A DNA stretch of 64,000 nt, taken from NCBI GenBank assembly GCA_951406725.2, contig OX597814.1, positions 82,708,001 through 82,772,000 on the forward strand, read 5' to 3'. Shown piece by piece: positions 40,161 through 53,359 of this stretch (its first letter is position 1; each line of letters starts with the position of its first letter). The notes beneath the pieces are model-generated. The model had not been told where the DNA came from. It made no database searches and saw nothing but the letters and a program-made list of their open reading frames with translations. The stretch comes from Octopus vulgaris. Its lineage: Eukaryota. The translations under genes were made by a program, and so were the position numbers.

Positions 40161-42532
40161 AAGATTTCTTTTTTTAATTTTTCTATGAATTAATTATTGA
40201 TAACAGGAAAAAATGAATTTTATATGGTAGCAGGTGCTGACTGGGAAAATAAAATTAAAAATTTTGGTCTCCTTTCTAAAGTTGTGAGTTTTGGTGGGAA
40301 AGATTTGTTTGGTTCTTTGAATAAGTATGTGACTCCATGAAATCTGTTCTGTATTTATTAGCTTGAATAGTTTGATGTATCCTAAGGCAAAATATGTAAA
40401 ACAACTTACCTCAATTTACCTGGTTTACATTTGGCACCATTTTCATTTCGTGTCTGAGGGATTAGATATTAAACTATAAAAGTAATATACCTCAGAGTTA
40501 TAGTGGAAAATGGATATTAAATAATCAGTCATTAATGTCATGAAAATTGCATATTTTATTGTTTCAGTTATGCCAACAGCAACTTCATTTTGATTTCTAT
40601 AACATGTTTGTTTAGACCAGACCTACTCATATGACTTTCAGCAACCAGAAGCTGTTGTGAACTTAATTTCTTTTTGATCAAAGATGAAAGAATTTTGTTG
40701 GTCTTGCTTTTTTCTACCACCCCCCTTTTTTTTTAGGTATGGATTGAAATGTTAGACTTCAAAAGTCATATAACCCTTATATTTAGATATAGCTGAAAAC
40801 TGACAAGATGACATGGTTAATTTTAGCCAATCACAACTGTTACTTTTGGTGCATTTACCATTTGCAAAAAACTTCCTTAGTACCCCTTTTTCAGAATAAA
40901 AGGAATTGTTTTTGAACATTTATCCAAAATTTGAAAAAATTGTAAGCTGACTCTAATGTGCTATGAAATTTCAAAGTCTTACTGAATTCACAATATCTCT
41001 TCTTGTATTTACCTACACTATATGTGTGAGAGTGTGAGAAACAACATCATCATTATTTTCAACATTGTTATTGTCATCATCATCATCATTTACTGTCTGT
41101 TTTTCATGCTGGCATGGGTTGGATTTTTGACAGGAACTGGAAAGCTAAACGACTTTCAGCTTGGTTCTACTGTCAGCTTTGGCATGGTTTCTATGGGTGC
41201 ATGCCTTTCCTAATGCCAACCACTTTATAAGGTGTACTGGGTGATTTTTGTGTGGTACTGGCTCTGGCAAAGTCACAAAGTAGCATGCAAGACAAAAACA
41301 CCTCAATCAAGATGTGGAGTAGTATTGAGTGGGGCAGCTTTGTGCTAGGCGGTGAGAGGTTAAACTGTGAGAGAGGGAAACAGGTGTCATGTTGTAGAAG
41401 AGGTACATGGTTACTTCTGTCAGAGAGAGGGAGAGAGATAGAGTGGGGGGAGAGACAATGGTAGTGAAGATATGCCAGAACACACCCTCATGGTACAGAG
41501 AGGTAAATGTAAGTCAAATAGTAGAGAGGATTGGACAGGGTGTGTAATTAAGAAGTCCATGAGAGTGCAAAAGGAGAGTGGGGGAGATGTAAGGAAAAGA
41601 GGAATGCAGTGAATTGTGATGCATTTCTTCAGCATATTATAATAAATTGTGATGACAATCCTTTTATATGTACTGTATTTTTTTTTATTCCCCTCTGTGT
41701 TTTCTCCTGTTATTTTTGTATCCTGTATCAGTTAAGATCCATTGAGAACAACTCAATCTTGTAATGAATTAAATGAATGTATGAAATACAATCAATCAAT
41801 CCTTAAGATTCCGGCATTTATCTTATTTTAGTTGCATCAACACACTTTATCTTTGGTGACCTGAACGTTCAAATAAACAGCTGAATTCTGATTGGATCAT
41901 CATGTGGAACAATTAACCAGCTCAACAGTAACAGAAAACCTTGCATAAAAGAAGCAACACTATGATATCTTTTAATAATATGAACGACAACACATCCTTT
42001 CTGGGTTATAGAATGGCCCTTCAATCCAGTCATCTGTTAGTTTAAATTTTCCTATTTTCTGGACTAATGACCTAAACCCTCCGGTTTATGCTGGTAGAGC
42101 CACAGTTCATATCATGCTGGATAACATTTGAATCTACCCAATTTCTATTCATTGTTAGTTCACTTCCATTGGAATGAATTCAAGTGATACGTCACCTCTA
42201 TTGCTTTACTGATTCTATGACTTGCAATACCTTAAAGAAAGAGATCATAAAATGTATATATACCTTCCATGGAAATGCTTTCACTAGCTTCTCATTACTG
42301 AAGAGCTTGTTGACTGTAAACTTTACCAGCATCCTTGTTGGATGCAGTGGCTACTTAAAAATAATAATTATAATATTGGTTTCAAATTTTGACACAAGGC
42401 CTGCAATTTCTGGGGATGGCTTAAGTTGATTACATTGACCCCAGTGTTCAACGGGTACTTATTTTGCCGACCTCGAAAGGCAAAGTTGGCCTCAGCAGAA
42501 TGTGAACTCAGACTGTAAAGACGGATGAAATG

Positions 42533-42536
<4 letters not shown>

Positions 42537-42615
<79 letters not shown>

Positions 42616-42635
42616 CAATAATAATAGTAATAATA

Positions 42636-42672
<37 letters not shown>
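42537..42672. repeat. (TAA)n microsatellite
   Basis: Direct reading. Explains the poly-N/I/Y/L ORFs. Confidence 0.98.
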
Positions 42673-43140
42673 GCCAGATATGTCCACTGGCTGTTGTGTG
42701 GGAAAGCAAACCTTGAGAGAGCTGAACAGTGATATGAACACAAGCCAGAGGGAGTAATGGAAAATGAACATTGCAAAATACTCTGGGATTTTAACGTACA
42801 GTGTGACCAAATCATTGAGGTGAGACAGCCAGATATTGTGATCATTCATAAAGATGAAAAAAAAGCAAAGATAATAGATGATGCAATTATAGGGTGAAAT
42901 GTAAGGAAACAGAAAAGAGTAAGAAATACCAGCCACTGCAGGATGAGATAGGAAAGATATGGGGCATGAAGAAAGTAATGGTGATACCAGTGGTAATTGG
43001 AACATTAGGAGAAATTTCCAAGAGCTTTGAAAAACATATTAAGAATATTGGAGCTGCTGTCAGGCTCAAAGTTATCCAAAAGATAGCATTGTTGGGTACA
43101 GCTTGCATTCTAAGGAGAGTATTGTTTCTTTGAGTCACAG
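42673..43140 (+). mobile_element. R4/Dong-like non-LTR retrotransposon C-terminal fragment (restriction-like endonuclease)
   Basis: KILWDFNVQCDQIIEVRQPDIVII...KY.PL..EI.KIWGMKKVMVIPVVIGTLG...QKIALLGTACILRRVL*. Abuts (TAA)n. Confidence 0.8.
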
Positions 43141-43389
43141 GAGAAGGTACTACTTCAGGATGAAGTTATATTCAGAACATTTTCCCATTATGCACTGTTT
43201 TGGGTATTTATACCCCCAAGCCCTGAATATCTCAATAAACTGCTCCAATTTATGTGAAACTTTGTTCGTGTTAACATTTCAGTGGCCACTTAATTCATAG
43301 TATTCTCCCATTACGTGTCAGTTTGGCTGTGTAACATTGCAAGCAAGCAAGCAAGATTGAACTTCACTTTTATTAGTATATAGATAATA

Positions 43390-44020
43390 AGGATTTCAAA
43401 TTTTGGTGCAAAGCCAGCAAAGTTTGGGGAAGGTGGCTACTTGATTAGGTCAATCCCAATGTTTATCTGATTAGTTATTTTATTGACCTCAAAAGAATGA
43501 AAGGCAAAGTAGAACTTAGCAGAATTTGAAATCAGAACATAATGATGGACAAAATGCCACTAAGCATTTTATTTGGCATGCTAACAATTCAGCTAGCTCG
43601 CCACCTTTATTGATTTCAAATCTAGGAACAAGGCCAGCAATTTTAGGGGTGGCGTAAGTTGATTACATCGACTTCAGTGCTCAACCAGTACTTATCTTAT
43701 CAACTCTAAAAGGATGAAAGACAAAGTCAGCCTTGGCAGAATTCGAGCTCAGAACGCAAAGATGGATGAAATGCCACTAAGCATTTTGCCTGATGTGCTA
43801 ACGATTCTGCTAGCTCACTGCCTTGCTACCTTAATAATAATGATAACAATAATAATTAATTATAACTATTTCTGATTTTGGCAAAAGGGTAGTTAAATAA
43901 ATCATTCCCATACTTGACTGGTACTTTATGTAATTAACCCTGGAGGGATGAAAGGCAAAATTGACCTTTGTGGGATTTGAACACTGAATATAAATCCAGA
44001 AGAAATACAACCAGGCATTT
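43390..44020 (-). mobile_element. Three tandem SINE family B copies
   Basis: The core gatgaaaggcaaag..gaatttgaa recurs at about 43500, 43715 and 43950. Confidence 0.8.
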
Positions 44021-44681
44021 TACTTGTCTGTCAGATGGTTTTCTCTTCCCTTTTTTAATAGTTGTTGTTCTTTTAGCCACAAGCTAGTCCAGCCTGTTTG
44101 AACAATTGTCAACGGTATTATTCCAGCCCTTGTTGAGGGCTCTTCATTAAACTTTGGGCCAAACAGTAACATTTCATGCATTGAGTACATATCCAGTTTT
44201 ATTAAACTTGACCAATATTTTTCAAGCAGTGAACAATTTTCATCAAAACAATGATATAATTTGTTGACTTGGAACTTATTGCAAAGCTGCATGATAAACA
44301 ACATTTTTTGTCTTCCCATTTGGGGGTCAGTACAATTTTTTTCTATTGAACCTCTTTCTTTCTCTCCCTCTTTTTCTGTTGATTGTTTTCAACCATCCCC
44401 ATCACCAGTACGACCACCATCACCACCACAACTGCCATACACACACCATTCAGACATCTGATACCACCACCATTAATACCTTTGACTTCATTGCCTTCCC
44501 CTCCACCACCATCACCACTGCCTTTCACATCACTTACTCTTACTGTCATCCCTGACCACCACCACCACTGTCATCACTGCCACCCCCACCTCTATCAGCT
44601 CGTACTATTACTATCACCCTATTACCATCACAAAAAGGTTAAATGTGTGTATTCGTTCCGCATATTACTTCAGAGTTCAGT

Positions 44682-44754
44682 CACTCTTTCTCTCACATAC
44701 CCACTCTTTCTCTCACATACCCACTCTTTCTCTCACATACCCACTCTTTCTCTC
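44682..44754. repeat. 20-bp tandem repeat, about 3.6 copies (cactctttctctcacatacc)
   Basis: Direct reading of the sequence. Confidence 0.9.
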
Positions 44755-47499
44755 TCCCTTATTATTACTCCCACTGCCACCATCAACACTACTACTTTTA
44801 ATAAAAACACCATCAGCTGTCCCTAAATTTCTTTGTCTCTACTTTCTCTCTCTCTCCTTTTCTTTCTCTCTCTGTCTGTCTTTGCCACTGCCCTCACCGT
44901 CTCTATGCCTACTATTACTCTCACCCTATCATGAGGAATAGTAGGAGTGTCATTGAATTGTGAGAGAGGGGTCTGATTGTGACACACTGACACACAGAAA
45001 TTAGTTTTCGCATTTATTATATTAGATTTTTTCCAAAATAGTATAACCAGTGAAGGTGTGTACTACTTGTGGTTAGGATGTTGCTTTCATGCTCACAAGG
45101 TTGTGGGTTTGAATCCTGGACTGGGTGATACTTAGTGTTTTTGAGTAAAAACACTTCATTTCATATTGCTCCTGTCTGTTCAGTTGTAAATGAGTTACCT
45201 TGAAAGTGATTGGCATCCCATTCAAGGAAATGTAGTGAATCTCAATCACTTATATGTCATGGGAATAGGGTAACCAGCTTTATAAGTCCAAAGACATGAG
45301 ACAGTAACTTTTAGAAGTTGATGATGATGATGATGATGCTGTAACCAGGACTACAGTATTAAATGTATCGTTTTATTTTCTGGTAGGTTTGGCTGCTATT
45401 TCTAGAAGGCTGAGTCTCTCTCTCTCTCTCTCACTCTCTCTCTCTCTTCTCTCTCTCTCTCACTCTGTCTTTCTTCCTCTCTCTCTCTCTTCCTCTCACT
45501 CTCTCTTTCTGCATGCATTATCCAGCCATTATGGTCTTTGAAGACATGTCAAAGAAATGATTATTTTAAAATGTAATTATTATTCGTACATTAAATCTTC
45601 AATATCTCAGAGTTCAAAGACTGCATTAACAGAAGAAAATGGAATTTACTTCATATATTCCTTCCATTGTATACTAGAACGATGTCTTATTATTAACAAT
45701 ACTCCTTGGTCATTGCTCTGTAGCCAAATTACTGAAAAAAGAAACTAATGCATCAATCACCTCATCCTCTTCTCATCCTCCTCCTTCTCACCATCATCAT
45801 TGCTGTTCAGCATTGTTGTTGTCATTTCCATCATCATCATCATCACTGTCATATTCATCATTGTCATCATGATGATAATCACCCTCCTCACCACCCCCTT
45901 CTCCCACTACAACCATTATCTCTCCCTCCCTTCATCAATAGCATTTCAACATCAGTTCCTCAATGCTAGCATTACTTGATCATTGCAATATTTCACTGTT
46001 TCACAAAAACATTATAATACATGCTCATTTATAAAATGTATTCCTTAAGATGTGGTGCATATGCGTGCATCATTTCAGGTAGCAGCAAGAAAAGGGAAGA
46101 AAATATATTACTAAGTGTCTAAAATCCTACCTGAAATTGTATGTCTAATAACAAGTTATTTCCTACAAAAATCGATTTCAAGCCTCTCAACTGTGATATA
46201 CTTCTAAACTTAATGTACTGTTACACATGTGTTAGGTCTCAGCTGTCTTTAGTTGCATGTCTTGTGGTTGCTGTAAAATGAAAGACAAAGATAAAATGAA
46301 ATTACAGATGAAAATAGATGCAATAGACTCCCTGATTAGGAAATATTCTCTGAAAAAATGTCTTTGCAGTTTCATTATTTCTTTTTCTTTTTGTTTCAGA
46401 ATTTTTTTCTCTTAATTATCAGAAATTATCATTCATAATTATCACAATTATTTATATATTAATACAATAGTAGGTACTTACCTACCTACCTTTTGCATAA
46501 TGCTAAGGGAAATAACTTGAATAGAGAAAGATTCAGAAAGAGGGAGAAGATGCACGTGTGTGTGTGTGTGTGTTAAGTGAGAGAAAGAGAGAGAGAGAGA
46601 GAGGGAGAGAGAGAGGGAGAGAGAGAGAGAGTGAAAATGAAGGGAAGGAAAATTTAAGCATAAAGATAGAAAGGAACAAAGAAGAATATCAAAATGTGGC
46701 AAAGTTTGTGACATTACATGCCCTTAAGCCATCACATTTTCTCTCTCTCTGTGGTCCTTTCTGTGCATTTGTTTGAAATGCATTCGAATTGTATCTTAGT
46801 ATATAAAATCAGGATTTCACTACATGAATGGTAAAAATGCTAAGATCTTTTGTATCTGTGTATGTATATATATTTTTTTATATTAGTATATGTGTTTAAG
46901 TCAGCGTATGTGTACATTAATATACATAAGTAAATGTTAATAAAACACAATGTGTGTCCTATCAGTCATGCAGGTGGATGAAGATTAAAGAACAAACAGA
47001 GTGGAGTGAGTGGCAGTTAGAGATGCTAAATCCAAGCAAACTATTGTAAAAGGTTTTACTCTGAAGTCGCTGGTATTTTGATCATAATAAAGTTGCAAAC
47101 TTTTATCATAAATGGTATTTAATTCATCAGTTTCACACACACACACATGTGATATTAAATGTTAAACTCTTTTGTTTCCAAAATATTATCATTCACATAA
47201 CATCTGTTTATATTTAGGATATACTCTCATTTTTTCCTTTCTTTTTTGTCCATTTTTCCATGTTTGCTCTTTCTGACACTAGTCCTTATTTCCTTTTACC
47301 AATGATCAAAACTGGATGTTTTTCACATGAAGCTGTCAATGGCAATGAGTTCATTGACCTAAGAAATAGCAACAGACATGCATATGCAGACACAATTACA
47401 CACATACATACACATATATACATATATGCATATGTATGCACATGCAATATTGTATGTATAAATATGCATGTTTATGAAAACCTTGGGATCCCTCTTTCT

Positions 47500-48390
47500 A
47501 TAGTTAATAAGGTGATTGTGCAATTGACCAGAGAAGGAAAGGAGTTCACATCACCTTGCCTAGGTCAAACAGGACCCTCTGAGAAGACCCATTATTTTGT
47601 TAAGTGAGGTGTAGAGAATAATCCTCATTGCAAGGCCTCTGACATAGCAGAACAAGTTGATGCCAGTCTCAGAACAGCTGTCAAGTATCTCCACAAGCTT
47701 GGCTACTGTGGCAGAGCAGCAAGAAGGAAGCCACTTCTTTAACCAGCCAATATCAAGTGGACAAAAGATTGGGCTAATGAGATGATGAGGTGGCCACTAG
47801 CATTTTGGGACACTGTTATATTCACTGATGAATCCAGATTTGCTGTATTTTCTGATAGTGGTTGAGTGTGGGTCTGGACACCCTGTGATCAAGAATTTGA
47901 CATGAAAAGATTGCTGCTAACAATGAAACAAGGCAGCTTTTCTGTGATAGTCTGGGGAGCAATTTGGAGCAATGGTTAATCAGAGCTGGTGGAGTGTTAC
48001 AGAAACATAAACTCAGATAAATATGTGTCCATATTGCAGAAAGGACTCCTTCTGATCTTCTCCAGTGGTGAAATGATTAAAGAAGATTTTTTGTTTATGG
48101 AAGATGGGGCTCCTTGTCACATGGCTAAAAGGACCCAAGATTGGTTGGAAAGGAATGGCATGGAAAAACTTCCAGGACCAAGCCAGTCACCAGATATGAA
48201 CCCTATAGAATACCTCTGGAGCATAATGGATAGGACACTTCATAAAAAAAACAAGAAAGTATTCACAAAGCCTGATCTTTTGAGATTGCTGCATGAAACT
48301 TGGCAAGAAATTCTCCAAGAGAATATTCATCATCTGATCAGTAACATGCCTTAATGATTATAAGGGTGTCTATTTACTTCTGTCATGTGT
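47500..48390 (+). mobile_element. Decayed Tc1-like element (DD34E)
   Basis: ARRKPLL, VIFTDESRF, VWGAI, FMEDGAPCH and SPDMNPIEYLW, with 34 residues between D and E. In-frame stops upstream. Confidence 0.9.
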
Positions 48391-48552
48391 GTGTACACAC
48401 ACACACACACAAAAATTAATATTGATAGCCATATGCAATGTGTTACAAAAAGGAAAACTATAATTGTCCCTAAATATGACTAGGGTATTAAAACACCTAC
48501 ATTGTATGAATTAAGAGCTAAAATGGTTTAATGCTGTACTGAAAGCTATATA

Positions 48553-48616
<64 letters not shown>

Positions 48617-48703
48617 TTATAATAGGGTTAGCTCGTATACGAGTAGGTATATATTTGTAAAAAATGAAGTTCGAAAATGCTGCTGTATTATACAATTTTT
48701 AAT

Positions 48704-48773
48704 TTTTATATATACATTATAACATGTTTCAGTTCTTGAAATGAACCTTATCAAAAAAAGTTATATATAAAAA
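48704..48773 (-). ncRNA. Type I hammerhead ribozyme, U3:A8 core variant
   Basis: Minus strand TTGATAA-ggttc-atttcaa-gaact-GAAA-CATG-TT. Palindromic stem III (ACATGT). AT-rich imperfect stem I. Confidence 0.6.
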
Positions 48774-49135
48774 AAGACAGCTCATGCCGTCAAACACAAG
48801 AAATTCATATATAATACACAACGGAGTCAGACATCTTAGAGTTCATGTATAGTTGATATATAGTTCATGTATAGTTGATATATAGTTTGAAGTATATGTT
48901 CAAAGTGTTCGATGCAGTGGCCCACGGTGGCGATACGTATTCAATACAAAAAACAGATCAAAGTGGTGGAAAGCGGTCAATACAGAAGATTGATGTTTCT
49001 GAAAGAGCGAGGAATTCATTTTTACCTTAAGCAATTGTGATGACCCATGGTGGAAGTTCGCTGGGTGGTTCTAGTGAATTTTTGTGAAGTGCTCGGTTTT
49101 ATAATGCCTGTTAGGTGGTCAATCCAGCGTAGCGT

Positions 49136-49562
49136 GACGTCATCAACGTTTTGACCAATCGTTTCGTTAGGTGGCTTTAATCAAGTAGAACGGGACGTCA
49201 TCATTATTTTGACCAATCGCTGCATTATAACTGCCTCTTGTTTGTTTCCTGTTTTGACCAGTCGCTTCGTTAGTCAAGTAGAACGGGACGTCATCATTAT
49301 TTTGACCAATCGCTGCATTATAACTGCCTCTTGTTTGTTTCCTGTTTTGACCAGTCGCTTCGTTAGTCAAGCAGAACGGGACGTCATCCAGATTCTGCCC
49401 AATCACGACTTATAGCTACATTAGATCTGCTCCCTGTCTGTACTTGTTAGGTGACTAGTCAAGCAGAAAAGGACGTCATCAATATTCTGACTAATGACTG
49501 TCCCCTGTTTGTATCCTGTCCATTCTAGCAGAGCTAGACGTCATCAACTTGTTGACCAATCA
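49136..49562. repeat. 93-bp tandem repeat with recurring GACGTCA and CCAAT motifs
   Basis: Units start at 49181, 49274 and 49367, with a degenerate unit at about 49459. Six GACGTCA motifs, most followed by CCAAT about 19 bp later. Confidence 0.9.
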
Positions 49563-49729
49563 GAATCGGGTCTGACCCTTAGCTGTATCGTATGTATCAG
49601 GGTCAGATTTGCACGAAAGAATTTTTTTCCTTTTTTACTAAGGCATATTTCCGTCAGAGTGAGTGTCTGTTTGAAGTAGCGGCCGTGGTGGAATTTTGCT
49701 TCTCCTTTTCGGAGGACTTATCTTTTGTT

Positions 49730-50355
49730 TTAGTATTCCTGGCCCAGGGTGTTTAAACTTGGTCTAAATTTTTTTATGAAATATAGTTCTTTATTTTGGC
49801 GTTGTGTGAAGGTTGCGTTGTCACTGAATTTATAGAGCGGGTTAGTTGTAAATTTCGGATTTACATTTCCAGCACATCTATCTATGTGTCCGCTGACCGG
49901 TATTTTGCGGTAATCAGGGTTTCTAATTTGTGATTTATGCACCGCCATCCTGTTATGTAAGCTATTTTTTGTATGGCCTATATACTGCCTATTGCAGCCT
50001 GCGCATGTTATGACGTAAATTAAGTTTTCTGATGCGCAGGTGAAGTTTGTTCTAATGGTGAACTGGTGGCCTTGTTCCAGTATAAATTCTGATCCTTCTT
50101 TCAAGATGACACAGATTCCGCAGTTGGGCCTTCCACATTTTCTAACTGCTGGTTTTGTGGTTGATGTTGAGTGCAGTGTAGCTTGGGTTAAAATCCTTTT
50201 CAAGGATTTTGGTTGCCGTTTACTTTTAATGATGGTGTGTGTTTCGAGGATCCGGTTCATCTTTGGGTCTCCCTTTAGTAGGGCTGTGCTTTGTAGTATG
50301 GTGTTGAAGGCCTCATTGTTGAGTGGGTTGTGTGTAGAGATGTAGGGAAGGGTTT

Positions 50356-50357
<2 letters not shown>
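49730..50357 (-). CDS. PLE C-terminal GIY-YIG endonuclease domain (uninterrupted but 5'-truncated)
   Basis: KTLPYISTHNP...RQPKSLKRILT...CGRPNCGIC...NLIYVITCAGCNRQYIGHT...RMAVH...H...KELYFIKKFRPSLN. No stops over about 209 codons. Confidence 0.85.
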
Positions 50358-50400
<43 letters not shown>

Positions 50401-50734
50401 TATATATAAATTATATATAAATTTATAAATATATCTTTTATCTTTTACTTATTTCAGTCAAATTGTATCTTGGTATATAAAATAATTTTTTCTTCATAAG
50501 AAGGGAAATGTGTTCAACTATGCCAAAATAAATAAATAAATTGAATTAACTATAATATTTATATGTTTTTATTCATTCAGTGTTTTACTGATTATTGGAG
50601 TGTAGCAATGTTGTGGCATTGTCTTTAAGCATTGAGACAAGCATATCAACTCCAGCAATTATTTAAAGTATGGGACTTATTTTATTTTATCAGCGTATAT
50701 TTTTCATGGTTTTTAAGCACAACACACACAACTT

Positions 50735-51157
50735 TGTAAAGTATAATAGCCATCTCAATATGGCTAACCACAAAGGGTGGGTGTTCCTGAAGCTTTTAGC
50801 CACATGAGATCATCGTCCCCAGCTGGCTTTAGGCACACTATCTGTGCCCTTATGGTATTTGCAAAGGGAGGTCATCCCTTTCTCGTAAGCCTAAGTGGTA
50901 CGCACGGACCGCAGTTTCGAGGTTGTTGCCTCTTGTCAACAGGCGGTAATTACCGGTTTACGACGAAAAGGAAGACCTTATAGTCCATGTGTATCACTTA
51001 GGCTTACGAGAAAGGGATGACCTCCCTTTGCAAATACCATAAGGGCACAGATAGTGTGCCTAAAGCCAGCTGGAGACGATGATCTCCTGGGGCTAAAAGC
51101 TTCAGTAACACCCACCCTTTGTGGTTAGCCATATTGAGAAGGCTATTATACTTTACA
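50735..51157. mobile_element. Foldback/MITE-like element with 175-bp inverted arms, TGT...ACA termini
   Basis: 50735-50909 is the reverse complement of 50983-51157, with about 8 mismatches by eye and a 73-bp spacer. Confidence 0.85.
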
Positions 51158-51442
51158 TTGTCGAGTGGTTACTGTTTACATGTCGTTCAGAGATTTATTA
51201 TTACACACAACTTTATTTTGATCAAAATACCAGCAACTTCAGAATAAAACATTTTACTACAGTTTGCTTGGATTTAGCATCTGTGTGTGTGTCCATGCAC
51301 AATATGCTTCTATACTGTTTGTTTCAAAATAAATTTCATTCGAGGCAGTAACCAATTCAAGTCTACACTAGAGGACTTTTGCCCGAAGTGCAATGTAGTG
51401 GAACTGAATCAAGAATCATTTGGTTACAAAGGGAACTTTGAA

Positions 51443-51651
51443 CACTTTAGCATTCAGATTTCTTTGTCAAATGTATTGCTTGTATATTTACATTGTTTTG
51501 AATTAATCACACATCATTTTGCAGTTTCAAGATTCTAATAGTGTGTTTGTATATTTTTAGAATGACATTAAAAGGTAGGTGTGAGAGGTTGAATCTGGTC
51601 AGTTTTAAAATATAACAGGGGCCAGATATGGCTGAATTAAATTCTAAAGGG
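51443..51651. mobile_element. piggyBac-like MITE (second copy)
   Basis: Reverse-complement relative of 26721-26933. Ends ...aaaggg followed by TTAA. Confidence 0.65.
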
Positions 51652-51794
51652 TTAACCATACATAACCTGCTCCTAATTATTGATATGTTGTTTTGTGAAC
51701 TGTTCATCTCAGTGTGGCAGCTACTTCTTCTCATTGGGACCATGGAGTAAAGTTTGATCAAATGAACTTTTCTCAGATATCAAGATAAGTATGT

Positions 51795-51946
51795 AACAAG
51801 CTGTGTGGTAAGAAGCTTGCTTCCCAACCACATGGTTCCGGGTTCAGTGATGCTGCATGACATCTTGGGCAAGTATCTTCTACTGTAGTCATGGGTGGAC
51901 CAAAGCCTTGTGGGTAGATTTGGTAGATGGAAACTGAAAGAAACCT

Positions 51947-52000
<54 letters not shown>

Positions 52001-52195
52001 TATATATTTATATCTTTGTGTCAGTGTTTGTCCCCACTACCATCACTTGACAACTGATGCTGGAGTGTTTATGTCCCTGTAACTTACAAAGAATAAGTCC
52101 TAGGGTCGAATACTTTGACTAAAATACCCTTTAAGGCAGTGCTCCAGCATGGCCACAGTCAACTGACTGAAACAAGTAAAAGAATAAAAGAAAAG
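51795..52195 (+). mobile_element. SINE family A
   Basis: Family A head, central (TA)n and tail. Confidence 0.85.
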
Positions 52196-53359
52196 AAGGA
52201 TACTTGTTCAATAGCAGAATAATACTAAAGATAGATTATGTCTTTGGTTTTTGACCAAAGTTGAGATTGTTTCCTTCTTGATTTAAAGTGAAAAATAATA
52301 GATAACAACTCACAAGTTAGAATAGGTGACTAGTGTATAGTTGTCCCCTACAATAGTACATTCAGTACTTCCTACAACCTATGTGGACTTTTAGATCTTC
52401 TCATCATCATCATTTAACATCTGTTTTCCTTGCTGGCATGGGTTGGATGGTTTGACAGAAAATTGGTAAGCCGGAGAGCTGCACTAGGTTCCAATCTGAT
52501 TTGAAATGGTTTCTACAGCTGGATGCCCTTCGAAGAATCAAATTTTTCAAACAAAATACAATTTCAAAAGAGATTATATATTTTGAGGTTCTTTATAAAC
52601 ATCCAGCCATCTTACAGCTTTCAAAATAACCGTGGAATTTCCATGGGTATTGCCAGTCATAAATTATTGTAATTAGTGATTACAAGAGAAAATAACAGTC
52701 ATGATTTGTCTGCAGAGATATTCCAACATATATCATTAGGATTTATTTTCTTCAGTCCATGTTAGGATTACTTTTAACTATCATTAATAACCTCATTTCT
52801 TTGGCAATCAGAATTGATGGAAACTTAGAGCATTTTTAATACATGCTATTAATACTTCATATATCTTTGTTTTGTGTAGTTAGCAATATAAGTGTATCAG
52901 TCCTTTCCTTCTCTTTTTCTTTCACCAGCTGCATCTCTTCTAATTTTCTCTCCTTTCTGTATCACTTTTTTTTTACTCCTTTTTGTACAACATTGATAGC
53001 TGGAGGAGACTGATCCACTCCAAGATTTTGCTTTACGTTTCTATGTCTTTCTTTTCTAACTGCCACTGAGATTAGCTTTCTTCAATTTGATGAAACTCAG
53101 TTCATTTATTGTATCATGTATTATATAACACAGAGGAACATAGGTTTTGTTCTCTGGTATTGGAGACATGTTTCTTAGTAATTTTGGCATGCTGATTTCA
53201 ACATTGAAATCCATTTTGCTTTATCATGTCAAGATTCGTCACAAACTCAAATGTCCATTTTTCAGCATTTCCAGCATTGTCACCATTTCTAGGGGATAGA
53301 TTTGGCTCCATCAAATGCAGATAAATGTATGGAGCTTGACATAGCATACACATGTTTCA

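Larger units (their letters stand above)
48621..50357 (-). mobile_element. Young 5'-truncated Penelope-like element inserted in (TA)n
   Basis: Open frame 50357 to 49730 with GIY-YIG, a 3' non-coding region of about 1.1 kb, an HHR near the 3' end, and TA tracts on both sides. Confidence 0.9.

Noticed and set aside
41830-42000. HFIFGDLNVQ, possible LINE APE endonuclease remnant
   Set aside because: Only one motif is recognisable and the surrounding frame is not interpretable.
42368-43005. Poly-I/Y/L/N ORFs (likewise CV, HT, YI and ER repeat ORFs elsewhere)
   Set aside because: Translations of microsatellites.
44990-45028. Possible Helitron 5' end on the minus strand (tctaatataataaatgc)
   Set aside because: No convincing 3' hairpin and CTRR end was located.
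49167-49415. Repeat-containing ORFs or a CRISPR-like array
   Set aside because: Whole 93-bp units are duplicated with no unique spacers. Eukaryotic PLE 3' region, no cas genes.
50777-50983. 68-aa ORF within the foldback element
   Set aside because: No recognisable domain. It lies in a TIR and is explained by higher GC content.
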